A stretch of DNA of 64,000 nucleotides from a virus. Taxonomy: Duplodnaviria; Caudoviricetes. The stretch covers positions 1 to 64,000 of the IMG/VR virus record IMGVR_UViG_3300044991_002130; one strand, written 5' to 3'. Below the pieces are notes generated by a model that saw only the letters and a program-made list of their open reading frames with translations, did not search any database and was not told the DNA's origin. Both the position numbers and the translations under genes were made by a program. The stretch's first letter is position 1. The number at the start of each line of letters is the position of its first letter. Below, in pieces: positions 10,745-20,288 of this stretch.

Positions 10745-11464
10745 ATGCAAAAAAGCAGCCTACTACGTTTTATTGAGCTATATAATCTATCCGGCACGGT
10801 AGAAAAAGTTAAGTTGGTTTCTGACGGAACCAACCTAAAAGCTAAAATTGTGACCGACGATAAAAGTTTGGCCGGATGCATCGAATACAAAAATTTACCA
10901 ATCGAGGCCGGGGAATATGCAGTCCATGATACTGCACAACTCAAAAAGATGCTGAGTATTTTCGATGACACATTGAATATCGGAATCGACAAGGTAAACG
11001 GAAGAAATGTAAGTTTTTCTTTTAAGGACAAGACAGCAGAATCTTTGTATATGTTGGCCGATTTGTCGGTTATCCCCAGAACAGTGAGTGTTCCAAACAC
11101 CATTGTATTCGACTTGGAACTTGCACTGGATGATAGTTTTATGGAAAGATTCATTCGGGCTAAGTCCGCGCTGTTGGAGGCCGAAACATTCACCATAATG
11201 ATGAATGACAAGGGAGCGGTCGAAGTAATCGTTGGACACAGTAACATCAATAGCAATAGGATTAAGTTGGTGGCAACACCAGTCGGAGTGCCCGCTCCCA
11301 AGAAGGATATCACCTTTAATGCCAACTATTTCAAGGATATTTTGTTAAGAAACCGTGGAACGCCAAGTGTATTGAAAATCAACACCGACGGAATCGGACA
11401 CGTGAATTTCACGTGCGCAGATTATGTTGCCGATTACTATTTGTTAAAGACCGCGATTAAATAA
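10745..11464 (+). CDS. sliding clamp (gp45/PCNA-like)
   Basis: 239 aa, located between polymerase and clamp loader; ends in YYL as typical. Confidence 0.75.
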   Translation: MQKSSLLRFIELYNLSGTVEKVKLVSDGTNLKAKIVTDDKSLAGCIEYKNLPIEAGEYAVHDTAQLKKMLSIFDDTLNIGIDKVNGRNVSFSFKDKTAESLYMLADLSVIPRTVSVPNTIVFDLELALDDSFMERFIRAKSALLEAETFTIMMNDKGAVEVIVGHSNINSNRIKLVATPVGVPAPKKDITFNANYFKDILLRNRGTPSVLKINTDGIGHVNFTCADYVADYYLLKTAIK

Positions 11465-11465
11465 T

Positions 11466-12419
11466 ATGAGTTTTATAGAAATAGACGAAACTGCACAATC
11501 TCCAGTAGCACATACTCTCTGGGTGGAGAAGTATAGACCTATTGGACTTGACCAATATGTTGGAAACGACACACTAAAAGCAAAAATAAAACAATATATC
11601 GCGAATAATGATATTCCACATCTGTTGTTTTATGGAAGTGCGGGAACAGGCAAGACGACATTAGCAAAACTAATTGCTAGCAGCATCAAATGTGATGTAA
11701 TGTATATCAACGCATCGGATGAAAATGGAATCGAGACGGTTCGCGTAAAAATCAAGAATTTCGCGTCTACAATTGGATTCAACAATTTGAAGATTATTAT
11801 ATTGGATGAGGCCGACTATTTTACTCCAGCCGGTCAAGCTGGTTTGCGTAATACGATGGAAACTTTCAGTGAACATACTAGGTTTATATTAACCGCAAAC
11901 CATCACGAGAGAATAGTTGACCCGATTATTTCTCGCTGCCAACTATTCTCAATTACTCCACCGTCGAAAAACGAAGTGGCGATGACGCTATTAAGAATAT
12001 TGACCGCAGAAAATGTGAAGTTCGAGAAAAAGGACATCGCGTTAATCGTTCAATCTCATTACCCAGATATCCGGGCGGTGATAAACACAGCCCAGCGGAA
12101 TGTGATTAGCGGCGAATTGAAAGTGGCAACGGAGGATGTTGCGCAGGGCGACCTTAAAACGAAGCTACTGGCACACTTGATGAATAAAGATACGAAACGG
12201 GCGTTCACGGACATTCGGCAATTGATGGCGAATAATTCAATCAAAAGTTATTCCGATTTTTATACATATATGTACGAACAAGTCGAAGTATATGCACCCG
12301 AGAATGTCGTGGAAGTTGTTGTTATTCTGGCCGACAGCCAGTTCCAAGACGCACAGGTTGTAGACAAGGAAATTTGTTTCGCCGCGTGTATCAGCAAAGT
12401 TTTAAATTCAACCAAATAA
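11466..12419 (+). CDS. clamp loader AAA+ subunit (RFC-small/gp44-like)
   Basis: WVEKYRP, GSAGTGKTT, NASDE, ILDEAD, SRC. Confidence 0.95.
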   Translation: MSFIEIDETAQSPVAHTLWVEKYRPIGLDQYVGNDTLKAKIKQYIANNDIPHLLFYGSAGTGKTTLAKLIASSIKCDVMYINASDENGIETVRVKIKNFASTIGFNNLKIIILDEADYFTPAGQAGLRNTMETFSEHTRFILTANHHERIVDPIISRCQLFSITPPSKNEVAMTLLRILTAENVKFEKKDIALIVQSHYPDIRAVINTAQRNVISGELKVATEDVAQGDLKTKLLAHLMNKDTKRAFTDIRQLMANNSIKSYSDFYTYMYEQVEVYAPENVVEVVVILADSQFQDAQVVDKEICFAACISKVLNSTK

Positions 12420-12423
12420 AATT

Positions 12424-12825
12424 ATGTATTCAGCAGTATTATTAGACGAAAAATCTCAACTTGCTCTATCAGCATGGGCAGATAAAAATATCAAAATCAA
12501 TGGCGTTAGATTACCCATTGTTGTTCGTGACAATGGTTGGAAAATGATTTGTCATCATATGACAATAAAGTTTGGCGGCACTCCCGAGTTTGTTAAACAA
12601 TATCTTGGCACAGAACAAAACCTTGAAATCACTCATTATGGAATGAGTGACAAGGCTGTTGCTGTGCGTGTTGTTGGTTTTCATAGTGAAAACAAAATTC
12701 CTCATATCACTGTGGCAGTAAATGTTAAAAATGGTGGAAAGCCAGTTGACAGCAACAAAATCACTGAATGGCTTACAGTTGAAAAAGGACCAACGCTAAA
12801 AGGCGTCGTGACAGAACTACAATGA
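12424..12825 (+). CDS. 2H phosphoesterase (tRNA-ligase CPDase-like)
   Basis: two HxT motifs: HHMTI and PHITVA. Confidence 0.7.
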   Translation: MYSAVLLDEKSQLALSAWADKNIKINGVRLPIVVRDNGWKMICHHMTIKFGGTPEFVKQYLGTEQNLEITHYGMSDKAVAVRVVGFHSENKIPHITVAVNVKNGGKPVDSNKITEWLTVEKGPTLKGVVTELQ

Positions 12826-13040
12826 AAATCAACGACGCTGTATTCTTCACAGACAACACAACTGTTCGTCTGGAAACTGACAAGGGCAACTTTTATCTCA
12901 CCGATAAAGGCAAGTTTTATAACATGCATCCGATAAACGTGATGGCAGATGAAATCAAGGTAGCAGAATTGAAAGAAATCAAATCTGTTGCCAAAAAGGG
13001 TGGATATAAAAACGACAAAGAAGTGAAGAAATGGTTATGA
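12822..13040 (+). CDS. hypothetical protein
   Basis: 72-aa ORF overlapping neighbouring genes in an operon. Confidence 0.6.
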   Translation: MKINDAVFFTDNTTVRLETDKGNFYLTDKGKFYNMHPINVMADEIKVAELKEIKSVAKKGGYKNDKEVKKWL

Positions 13041-13939
13041 ATAAAGACAATGTAAGTGGACTAATTATAGGTTCTCTTGTAGGCGATGCACTTGGAGTAC
13101 CGGTAGAATTTCGTCCACGGGAAGTTTTGCGTCAAAATCCCGTCGTTGACATGCGTTCGTTTGGCACACATTTTCAACCAAAAGGAACATGGTCGGATGA
13201 TGGTTCATTACTTCTTATAACATTGGAGACGCTTATAAACAAGGAACCACCGGTCGAAGCATTGAAAAAGTTCGTGAAATGGGTCAACGAGGGATATTGG
13301 ACTGCACACGGCGACGCATTTGATATTGGAAACACCACAGCAGACGCAATAGCGGGCTTTATGCAGCACGGTAAGCCTTCCGCCCCCCATACGCCACAAA
13401 GCAACGGAAATGGCGCATTAATGAGGATTGCGCCACTTGCTCTGTTCGTGGATTCAAAGCATACAAAACCGGAAGAGTTATATAAACTCTGTGGAGAATG
13501 GTCTGCACTTACCCATGGACATGAAATATCGGCATTTGCCTGCACTTATTATACAATGTTGATTTCTCTTATTCTAAGTGGATGTTCATTGTCGGAGGCT
13601 CACTTGTATACTTGCTCATTGACTGAAAAATTCGCACCAAAAGAATTTGATAGATTATTGAGTTCGATAAAGCACATCTCAGATTACAACCTAGAAGATA
13701 TAAAGTCTGATGGGTATTGTCTACACACACTGGAAGCGGCAGTTTGGGCAGCATTCAATAGTCCATCTTACAAAGACAGTGTGTTGATGGCAGTAAATAT
13801 GGGAGAAGACACGGACACGACTGCGAGCGTGTGTGGAGGAATCTTGGGGGCATATTATGGAAAATCTGCAATACCTAAAGAATGGGTACAATCTCTGGCA
13901 AGACTAAATGATATTGAAAACTTAATCGCAAAAATATGA
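13031..13939 (+). CDS. ADP-ribosylglycohydrolase
   Basis: GDALG, WSDD, GNGALMR, THGH, GEDTDT. Confidence 0.95.
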   Translation: MVMNKDNVSGLIIGSLVGDALGVPVEFRPREVLRQNPVVDMRSFGTHFQPKGTWSDDGSLLLITLETLINKEPPVEALKKFVKWVNEGYWTAHGDAFDIGNTTADAIAGFMQHGKPSAPHTPQSNGNGALMRIAPLALFVDSKHTKPEELYKLCGEWSALTHGHEISAFACTYYTMLISLILSGCSLSEAHLYTCSLTEKFAPKEFDRLLSSIKHISDYNLEDIKSDGYCLHTLEAAVWAAFNSPSYKDSVLMAVNMGEDTDTTASVCGGILGAYYGKSAIPKEWVQSLARLNDIENLIAKI

Positions 13940-14235
13940 AATCTAAACTTGACCAAATGTACAATGAGATTGAAACCGGATGGAATGTCGGTCTAAAAAA
14001 GCTTAGAGAAGGAAGCACCCCCTTGACCGAAAGCGCACGAAAGTCGATAGAAGAAACAAGAAATAACGTTGTGGAAGACATGCGCGATGCAAACATATAT
14101 AGACACATTGGAGTTCCGGGTGCAGCGGAATCTTCGGACCCCGGCGATGATATTGAACATTGGCAAGAAATATATGACTGGTGTTCTCGAATATTATCTA
14201 TAATAGACGAAATGTTAGCACATAAAACTATATGA
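13936..14235 (+). CDS. hypothetical protein
   Basis: 99-aa ORF with coupled start/stop overlaps. Confidence 0.6.
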   Translation: MKSKLDQMYNEIETGWNVGLKKLREGSTPLTESARKSIEETRNNVVEDMRDANIYRHIGVPGAAESSDPGDDIEHWQEIYDWCSRILSIIDEMLAHKTI

Positions 14236-14489
14236 ATCGTCGTAGATTTCTAACAACATTGTTTGGGTTGGCAGCGGCTCCTGTTATAGTAGCGAGAGTA
14301 TTGTCGGCACCACCCAAGCCGACATTATTGGCTTTCAAAGGAAAGCGGTTTATGGAGACTGGATATGTATATGCTCCATACATTCCAATGCTTATTACAC
14401 CGATGATAGATATAAAACCAATGAGAAACTCACCACTCGGTAAAGTATTTTACATGAATAAGTATTATACAAAACATACAACCTTGTGA
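14232..14489 (+). CDS. small protein with twin-arginine-like signal and gp23-type major capsid motifs
   Basis: NRRRFL plus hydrophobic stretch; KGKRFMETGYVYAPYIP and PMRNSPLGKVF. Confidence 0.6.
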   Translation: MNRRRFLTTLFGLAAAPVIVARVLSAPPKPTLLAFKGKRFMETGYVYAPYIPMLITPMIDIKPMRNSPLGKVFYMNKYYTKHTTL

Positions 14490-14785
14490 TTACTGTCGTA
14501 AACAAATACAAACACACTCCAACACCAAATGATATTTATATTGGTCGCGGCTCTGCATTTGGAAATCCATATGTGATTGGCAGTGAATATACACGAGATA
14601 AAGCAGTGGATGCATATTGTACATACTTGAATGCCAAGCGGCAATATAATGCACAATTTAGACATGAACTGCAAAAGATTGCCGACAAAGCAAAGATAAG
14701 TGACATAAACCTCGTGTGTTATTGCAAGCCACAAAGATGTCATGGAGATATTTTGAAAGAATTGTTAGAGTCGGAGTATTTATAG
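14486..14785 (+). CDS. DUF4326 family protein
   Basis: IYIGRGSAFGNPY, LVCYCKPQRCHGD. Confidence 0.85.
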   Translation: MITVVNKYKHTPTPNDIYIGRGSAFGNPYVIGSEYTRDKAVDAYCTYLNAKRQYNAQFRHELQKIADKAKISDINLVCYCKPQRCHGDILKELLESEYL

Positions 14786-14889
14786 AAATATTTCTTTATT
14801 ATATATTGACAATTTCAATATTTGAAACATAGTTATACTTCGAAGTCACCATTGTGGTGCTAGTAACTAAAATAACAAAAGGTTGAAAT

Positions 14890-15801
14890 ATGTCATATAA
14901 ACATGGTATTGGTATGTCCGTTTGCATAAATGGACGAGCAACAAAGGAATATTCTAAAGATGGAACTTCCTTTATAGAAGCAAGGCATGGTACTAATTAT
15001 ACCGTGAAACTCAAAAACGATAATGGCTATAAAGTAATGGCTGTATTGTCGGTAGATGGATTGGATGTTGTTACAGGCAAACCAGCCGAAGACAGTAACA
15101 AAGGCTATATTCTTGATCCATACAGCAGTGTAGAAATAAAAGGCTACAGAATCAGCGACAAAGAATCTGCGGCATTTATTTTTACAAGCAAAGGCAAGAG
15201 TTATGTACAACAAACAAGCGGAGATGCCAGAAATTCTGGTGTAATTGGTGTAAGAGTATTTGGTGAAAAATCAAAACCTCAACCAATTTCGCAACCATAT
15301 CCGGTGAGTCCGTGGAATCCATTTCCATATTCAATATCTTATGCAACAGGTAGTGGTTTTACGCAAACATATACAAACTATGTTTCTACGGGCGGTACAA
15401 CTACTTGTGCAACAAATGCCGCAACATACACCACATCCAACAATACTCTTGGATGTTATGGAACAAATGCCGCAACATTTACTACCGAAACCGCAATCAC
15501 AAGCAGAAATCTCGGACTAAATACCAGATCGGCAATATCAAATACATTTGATACTCCGTTGAGTTACAAACAATTTGACACTGGTACTGGTTGGGGCAAA
15601 AAGTTGGACGACAGAGTAAAAAAAGAATACTTTGATAAAGGAGAACTTCTTGCCGAGATTGTGTCTTATTATGCTTCACGCGAAGCATTGGAAACTATGG
15701 GAATTGATTTGTCTGATAGTCCAAGAGTTACCGAAGAAGAAAAAAAGCCACAGGCATTTGGTAGCAAATATTGCCAACCACCAACTGGATGGGTCGGCTA
15801 A
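14890..15801 (+). CDS. hypothetical protein (often paired with vWA genes)
   Basis: 303 aa; LSVDGLDV..GK, GVIGVRVF, GTGWG. Confidence 0.65.
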   Translation: MSYKHGIGMSVCINGRATKEYSKDGTSFIEARHGTNYTVKLKNDNGYKVMAVLSVDGLDVVTGKPAEDSNKGYILDPYSSVEIKGYRISDKESAAFIFTSKGKSYVQQTSGDARNSGVIGVRVFGEKSKPQPISQPYPVSPWNPFPYSISYATGSGFTQTYTNYVSTGGTTTCATNAATYTTSNNTLGCYGTNAATFTTETAITSRNLGLNTRSAISNTFDTPLSYKQFDTGTGWGKKLDDRVKKEYFDKGELLAEIVSYYASREALETMGIDLSDSPRVTEEEKKPQAFGSKYCQPPTGWVG

Positions 15802-15830
15802 AAAATAAACAATCAAATACAAAACTTTAT

Positions 15831-16523
15831 ATGAAAAAAATTATTCACGCACTAACAATCATCGACAAATCAAGCAGTATGAATCCTTATCGCTCTCGTA
15901 CCATTGAAGGGATCAATGAAAATATCAACGCTCTCAAAAAAGAAGTAGATGCCGACACGGACATTCTTAATACTCAACTTCAATTCAGTGCAACTGGAAA
16001 TTCTTGGGGATGGAATGGGGGAGCAAAAACCCAAGAAACGGACTTAAAGTTTGTTCGGGTTGGTCAAAAGGTACAAGAATTGACGGATATGACCAATGAA
16101 CAATATGAACCAGCGGGCGGCACTCCATTACTTGATGCTATTGGTCTTGGTATTGAAAAAGTAAAAGATTTCCACGGTGACAAGCTCGGTGAAGATAATC
16201 TCAAGATCATTGTGACAATCTTTACTGACGGAGAAGAAAACTCGTCCATCAAGCATGATCGCGCAAGTATCAAGAAGATGATTGATCATTTTCAATCTGA
16301 TGGAAAGTGGACTTTCACTTTCGTTGGCTGTGGATCGTTTGATAATGTAGCGGCAACATCTGCTGCTATGGGGATAAATGCCGCCAATACGATTGCAGTC
16401 GCTGACAGTGACGCAGGAAGATCAGTTGCCAATGCTAAAATTGCAACCTCATATACAAACTATGTAAGGTCTGCAAAATTGGGAGTGGTTGACAACGACC
16501 TGTTTACAGAAAAAAGTCTATAA
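15831..16523 (+). CDS. von Willebrand factor A domain protein
   Basis: DKSSSM MIDAS motif, GGTPLLDAIG, FTDGEENSS. Confidence 0.88.
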   Translation: MKKIIHALTIIDKSSSMNPYRSRTIEGINENINALKKEVDADTDILNTQLQFSATGNSWGWNGGAKTQETDLKFVRVGQKVQELTDMTNEQYEPAGGTPLLDAIGLGIEKVKDFHGDKLGEDNLKIIVTIFTDGEENSSIKHDRASIKKMIDHFQSDGKWTFTFVGCGSFDNVAATSAAMGINAANTIAVADSDAGRSVANAKIATSYTNYVRSAKLGVVDNDLFTEKSL

Positions 16524-16527
16524 TACG

Positions 16528-16553
16528 AAAACCCACCTTTCGGTGGGTTTTTT
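16528..16553 (+). terminator. intrinsic terminator
   Basis: AAACCCACC-tttc-GGTGGGTTT followed by a T-run. Confidence 0.8.
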
Positions 16554-16591
16554 ATTGACTTATTGTTATTTTGGTTCATGGTAATACAATT

Positions 16592-17617
16592 ATGAGTGAA
16601 CGTAAATTAGCATCAATCCAGAAAATAACGGAAATCCTACCAATTGACGGTGCGGATAAGATTGTGTGTGTAAAAATTCTGGGGTGGCAATGCGTGGCAC
16701 TAAAGACTGAATTCAAAGTTAATGACCTTTGTGTTTTTTTTGAAATAGATAGTGTTCTTCCCATCGCACAATGGAATGATCATTTGAGAAAAGAACCAAA
16801 CAAGCAATTGCGTATAAAAACTATACGTTTGAGAGGCACATTGAGTCAAGGTCTTGCCATGCCACTTTCTATTCTTCCAGACGGACAATATGAAGTAGGT
16901 CAAGATGTTACACAATTGGTTGGCGTAACCAAATATGAACCATTTGTTCCAGCACATCTATCTGGTGTGGCCAAAGGAAACTTTCCAGCATTTTTACACA
17001 AAACCGATGAACCTCGTTTACAATCCAGCCCTAATGTCTTACAAGAAGCCATTGACAAAAATCTTGTGCTTGTTGGCACACTCAAAATGGACGGTACAAG
17101 TTTTACTGCGTATCGAAGAGACGCTGATTTTGGCGTGTGTTCTCGCAACTTGGATTTGACGCAAACAGAGGACAATGCTCATTGGAAGATGGCTCGCAAG
17201 ATCAAACTTGAAGAAATTCTTCGCAGTGAATCTCGCAATCTTTGTGTACAAGGTGAAATGGTTGGTCCCGGTATTCAAGCCAACCGTCTTGGATTCAAAG
17301 AAGTTGAACTGCATTTATTCAATTTGTATGACATCGACACAGGCAAGTATTTTAGTCATAACGAATTGATTGAATTTGGAAAGAAGCACAATATAAAAGT
17401 TGTTGAAACACTTAGTGTTATTCAGTTTAGTAATGATATGGCACCCAGAGATGTTAATTATCTTTTGAACATTGCCAATGAGCTAAACTATTCCAACGGC
17501 ACTCCCGCAGAAGGTATTGTTTGGCGTCCAACCGTTGAAACATACAGCGAAGTTCTTAAAGGTCGCATGAGTTTCAAGACCATCAGTAACCGTTACTTGG
17601 AAAAATACAAAGAATGA
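16592..17617 (+). CDS. RNA ligase, Rnl2/DRB0094 family
   Basis: RKLASIQ, FEIDS, SQGL, KTDE, KMDGTS, QGE, EGIV, SFK. Confidence 0.92.
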   Translation: MSERKLASIQKITEILPIDGADKIVCVKILGWQCVALKTEFKVNDLCVFFEIDSVLPIAQWNDHLRKEPNKQLRIKTIRLRGTLSQGLAMPLSILPDGQYEVGQDVTQLVGVTKYEPFVPAHLSGVAKGNFPAFLHKTDEPRLQSSPNVLQEAIDKNLVLVGTLKMDGTSFTAYRRDADFGVCSRNLDLTQTEDNAHWKMARKIKLEEILRSESRNLCVQGEMVGPGIQANRLGFKEVELHLFNLYDIDTGKYFSHNELIEFGKKHNIKVVETLSVIQFSNDMAPRDVNYLLNIANELNYSNGTPAEGIVWRPTVETYSEVLKGRMSFKTISNRYLEKYKE

Positions 17618-17868
17618 AAACTTATAAAGGTTTTATCTTTGGACCAAATAAAATACCCAAGAAAGGCGATGCTTTGCTTTGGGTAATAGGAGACAGAGTG
17701 ATCAATGGCGAGTGGCATCTGAAGGTTTCAGCCGACAATCTCACCGCCGTTGTTCCATATACAGGCCAAACTGTTTATAACCTGCGTGCTGCTCCTTATG
17801 AGATGGGCCATGATTATAATGATGTGCTGAAAAGGGTCGAAGCGACTCTTGGCAATCAAACATACTAA
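17614..17868 (+). CDS. hypothetical protein
   Basis: 84-aa ORF coupled to the ligase. Confidence 0.55.
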   Translation: MKTYKGFIFGPNKIPKKGDALLWVIGDRVINGEWHLKVSADNLTAVVPYTGQTVYNLRAAPYEMGHDYNDVLKRVEATLGNQTY

Positions 17869-17976
17869 CAAATATCTCTTCATGATATTATGAGCACTGA
17901 ATTGCATGTAAAGTTGTTATAATAAGTGATTTATGTAAAAAAATGCAAAAAAGATGATATTTTTCGAAAAAAGTGT

Positions 17977-18005
17977 TTGACAATTCATTTTTTTCCATAC
18001 ATAGT
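17977..18005 (+). promoter_or_regulatory. sigma70-type promoter of the RNA-island leader
   Basis: TTGACA-N17-CATAGT; similar promoters recur in the window. Confidence 0.6.
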
Positions 18006-18038
18006 TCTATTTATTAAATAACAGTAATAACAAATTCA

Positions 18039-18170
18039 ATGAGACATTATTCAATCAAATCGCAATCCGTGACCTCCAAGTGGAGTGTGCGCTTTAATGC
18101 GACACAACCTACACTCGGAGCCAATGAAGGCGACTTGTTGGGTGGTCCGGTTGAGGAAAAGATTTTCTAA
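18039..18170 (+). CDS. putative 43-aa attenuator leader peptide
   Basis: MRHYSIKSQSVTSKWSVRFNATQPTLGANEGDLLGGPVEEKIF, between promoter and terminator; below the ORF-track cutoff. Confidence 0.55.
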   Translation: MRHYSIKSQSVTSKWSVRFNATQPTLGANEGDLLGGPVEEKIF

Positions 18171-18196
18171 ATAAAAATCAAATCCAAAACCTCCGG

Positions 18197-18227
18197 AACC
18201 ACCCTCTAAAAAAGAAGGTGGTTTTTT
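18197..18227 (+). terminator. intrinsic terminator / attenuator hairpin
   Basis: AACCACCcTCT-aaaaa-AGAaGGTGGTT plus T-run; 5' arm is also complementary to 18140-18150. Confidence 0.7.
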
Positions 18228-18690
18228 AATTTTAGGGAAAGTAAGTAAGAAAAAGTTTGACAGAAGATAAAAAAGAGTCAAGGTGACAGAAGATAAGAAA
18301 AAGAAAGGGTAGCGAAAGAGAAAGTTAAAAAAAGTTCGAAAAGATAGTTGACAGCGAAAGATAAAAGAGTAAGATGGTCAGCGTTGTAGTAGCAAAGGCG
18401 AAACAACAAAAAGTTTTTTCACAGTACAATTTTGACAGGTAAAAGCGCACCTAGAAAGCGTGCTAAAATAGCCACCGGCCCATTTAGGGACCGTTTTGTG
18501 GGAATCAATATCAATAAGTTCAGGTAGGGTTGAGGTTAGAGTGAGTAACTTTATTGTGAGGCCGAAGTATAAGTTATTTTTAATAAAGTTGGAGAGATCA
18601 ACAATAAGATACGCAAGTAGCGTATTGAGTTGGCCTCTCCTAACAATTTCAAGTCGTTCTACTGACCGACTCTAAATAAATCAGTTATAT

Positions 18691-18769
18691 GGAAGTCAAG
18701 CTATTCGGGACGGGCACCTCCCTCTTAAGGAGAACATTCGTGTGGGTTCAACTCCCACGGCTTCCACCA
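18691..18769 (+). tRNA. tRNA-Lys(CTT)
   Basis: cloverleaf, loop ctCTTaa, 3' CCA. Confidence 0.8.
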
Positions 18770-18830
18770 TTTTTTCAAAATAATTGATGTTATGTGAGTA
18801 TATATTATATTTATTTTTACACATCAAATT

Positions 18831-19163
18831 ATGAACGACCATAAAGATTTACTTGGAGAATTTCTGTCCGGTGGATGGATTGTAGCAATAATCGGAGCAG
18901 CGGGTATGATAGCAAGATTGCTGACCGACGATGTAAAGATTACACTGATGCAACAAGTTAAAAGAATACTTGCCGCATCAATATGTTCTGTCATTACATG
19001 GTTTTTATTAGAAAATGTAGATTTAAGTAGTCTGACTAAAGCCGTAACATACGGAGTAGTTGGAGTAATCAGTCCAGAAATTTTAGAAGGTTTGTCGAAG
19101 TTGGGAAAGAGTTTTGCAAAAAATCCTTTCAAATTCTTCAGGCGGACAAAAAAGATTGAGTAA
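18831..19163 (+). CDS. small multi-pass membrane protein (holin-like)
   Basis: three hydrophobic segments and a basic C-terminus. Confidence 0.55.
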   Translation: MNDHKDLLGEFLSGGWIVAIIGAAGMIARLLTDDVKITLMQQVKRILAASICSVITWFLLENVDLSSLTKAVTYGVVGVISPEILEGLSKLGKSFAKNPFKFFRRTKKIE

Positions 19164-19167
19164 TAGT

Positions 19168-19244
19168 GCGGGGTTGATGTTTAACGGTTAGCATACGAGT
19201 TTTCCAAACTTGATGTGGGGGTTCGAATCCCCCACCCCGCTCCA
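19168..19244 (+). tRNA. tRNA-Gly(TCC)
   Basis: cloverleaf, ttTCCaa, CCA. Confidence 0.9.
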
Positions 19245-19321
19245 ATTTGTACTAGGTTTGGTGTTCCAACCATTCCGAAGATATATAGCAAACACTAAAT
19301 ACGCAGTACAGCAAATTTTTT

Positions 19322-19407
19322 GGCTTATTATACCGCTAAGGACGCGGTTCGCACTGTAAATGCGAAGCCCTCGGGCTGGGTTGGTTCGATACCGACATAA
19401 GCCACCA
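19322..19407 (+). tRNA. tRNA-Tyr(GTA)
   Basis: ctGTAaa, long variable arm, CCA. Confidence 0.88.
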
Positions 19408-19414
19408 TTTTTAT

Positions 19415-19490
19415 CCGCTTATAGCTCAATTGGCAGAGCACGCTCTTTATAGGGGCATGGTTGTGGGTTCAACTCCTACTGGGCGGACCA
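19415..19490 (+). tRNA. tRNA-Ile(TAT)
   Basis: cloverleaf, ttTATag, CCA. Confidence 0.8.
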
Positions 19491-19501
19491 ATTTATAATA
19501 C

Positions 19502-19589
19502 GGAAAGTTGGCAGAGTGGTCTAATGCAGGACTTTGCTAAAGTCCCGATCCGAAAGGGTCCATAGGTTCGAATCCTATATTTTCCGCCA
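19502..19589 (+). tRNA. tRNA-Ser(GCT)
   Basis: ttGCTaa, long variable arm, G73, CCA. Confidence 0.92.
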
Positions 19590-19660
19590 AATTTAGATTC
19601 TTGCAAGACGGTGTTCCTTTGAATTGCAATTCAATCGAAGTGACCGCAGCTGAAGTCAGT

Positions 19661-19728
19661 GGTGAATGATATAATGGCATTATTTCTCCCATAAAGGAGA
19701 ATATCTGGGTTCGACTCCCAGTTTACCG
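19661..19728 (+). ncRNA. tRNA-like element with irregular anticodon loop, no CCA
   Basis: GGTGAAT/GTTTACC acceptor, CTGGG-ttcgact-CCCAG T arm, loop cataaa. Confidence 0.5.
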
Positions 19729-19755
19729 AAAAGCTGACATGAGGCAAAACTTTAC

Positions 19756-19830
19756 GCCGAATAAACATAAATGGTAATGTGCTAGTCTTGTAAACTAGAT
19801 AAGCGGGTTCGATTCCCGCATTTGGCTCCA
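19756..19830 (+). tRNA. tRNA-Thr(TGT)
   Basis: ctTGTaa, CCA. Confidence 0.88.
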
Positions 19831-19915
19831 ATTTGTAGGTCGCAATATTCTGAATTATAATTCAGCGAAGATATTCCAATTATTGCGTTAGTGGAATTCG
19901 CCTATAACAATTTAT

Positions 19916-19991
19916 GCCGTGTGACATAGCTGGTTGTGATGACTCCTCTGCAAAAGGATGGAGATTGGTTCGATTCCAATACGCGGCTCCA
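19916..19991 (+). tRNA. tRNA-Cys(GCA)
   Basis: ctGCAaa, U73, CCA. Confidence 0.8.
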
Positions 19992-19999
19992 ATTTATAT

Positions 20000-20073
20000 G
20001 CGGGATTAGTTTAGTGGTAGAATGTGACATTGCCAATGTCGATACGGGAGTTCGATTCTCCCATCCCGCACCA
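20000..20073 (+). tRNA. tRNA-Gly(GCC)
   Basis: ttGCCaa, CCA. Confidence 0.9.
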
Positions 20074-20210
20074 CTTTGACAGGATGGAATGGGCGTCGTA
20101 TAGTTGGTAAATCAACTTGCAGTCCAACGTGAACCAACCCAGCAGCAACGAAGCGTGAGAAAAGTTGAGTTCTCATGTGAAGCTAGTAGAAGTTCTGTCA
20201 ATAATTTTAT

Positions 20211-20288
20211 GGCCATGTGACGTAACTGGATAAACGTGTTAGTTTTAGAAACTAAATTCTGTGGGTTCGAGTCCCACCTTGGCTACCA
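20211..20288 (+). tRNA. tRNA-Leu(TAG), short variable arm
   Basis: ttTAGaa, CCA. Confidence 0.8.
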
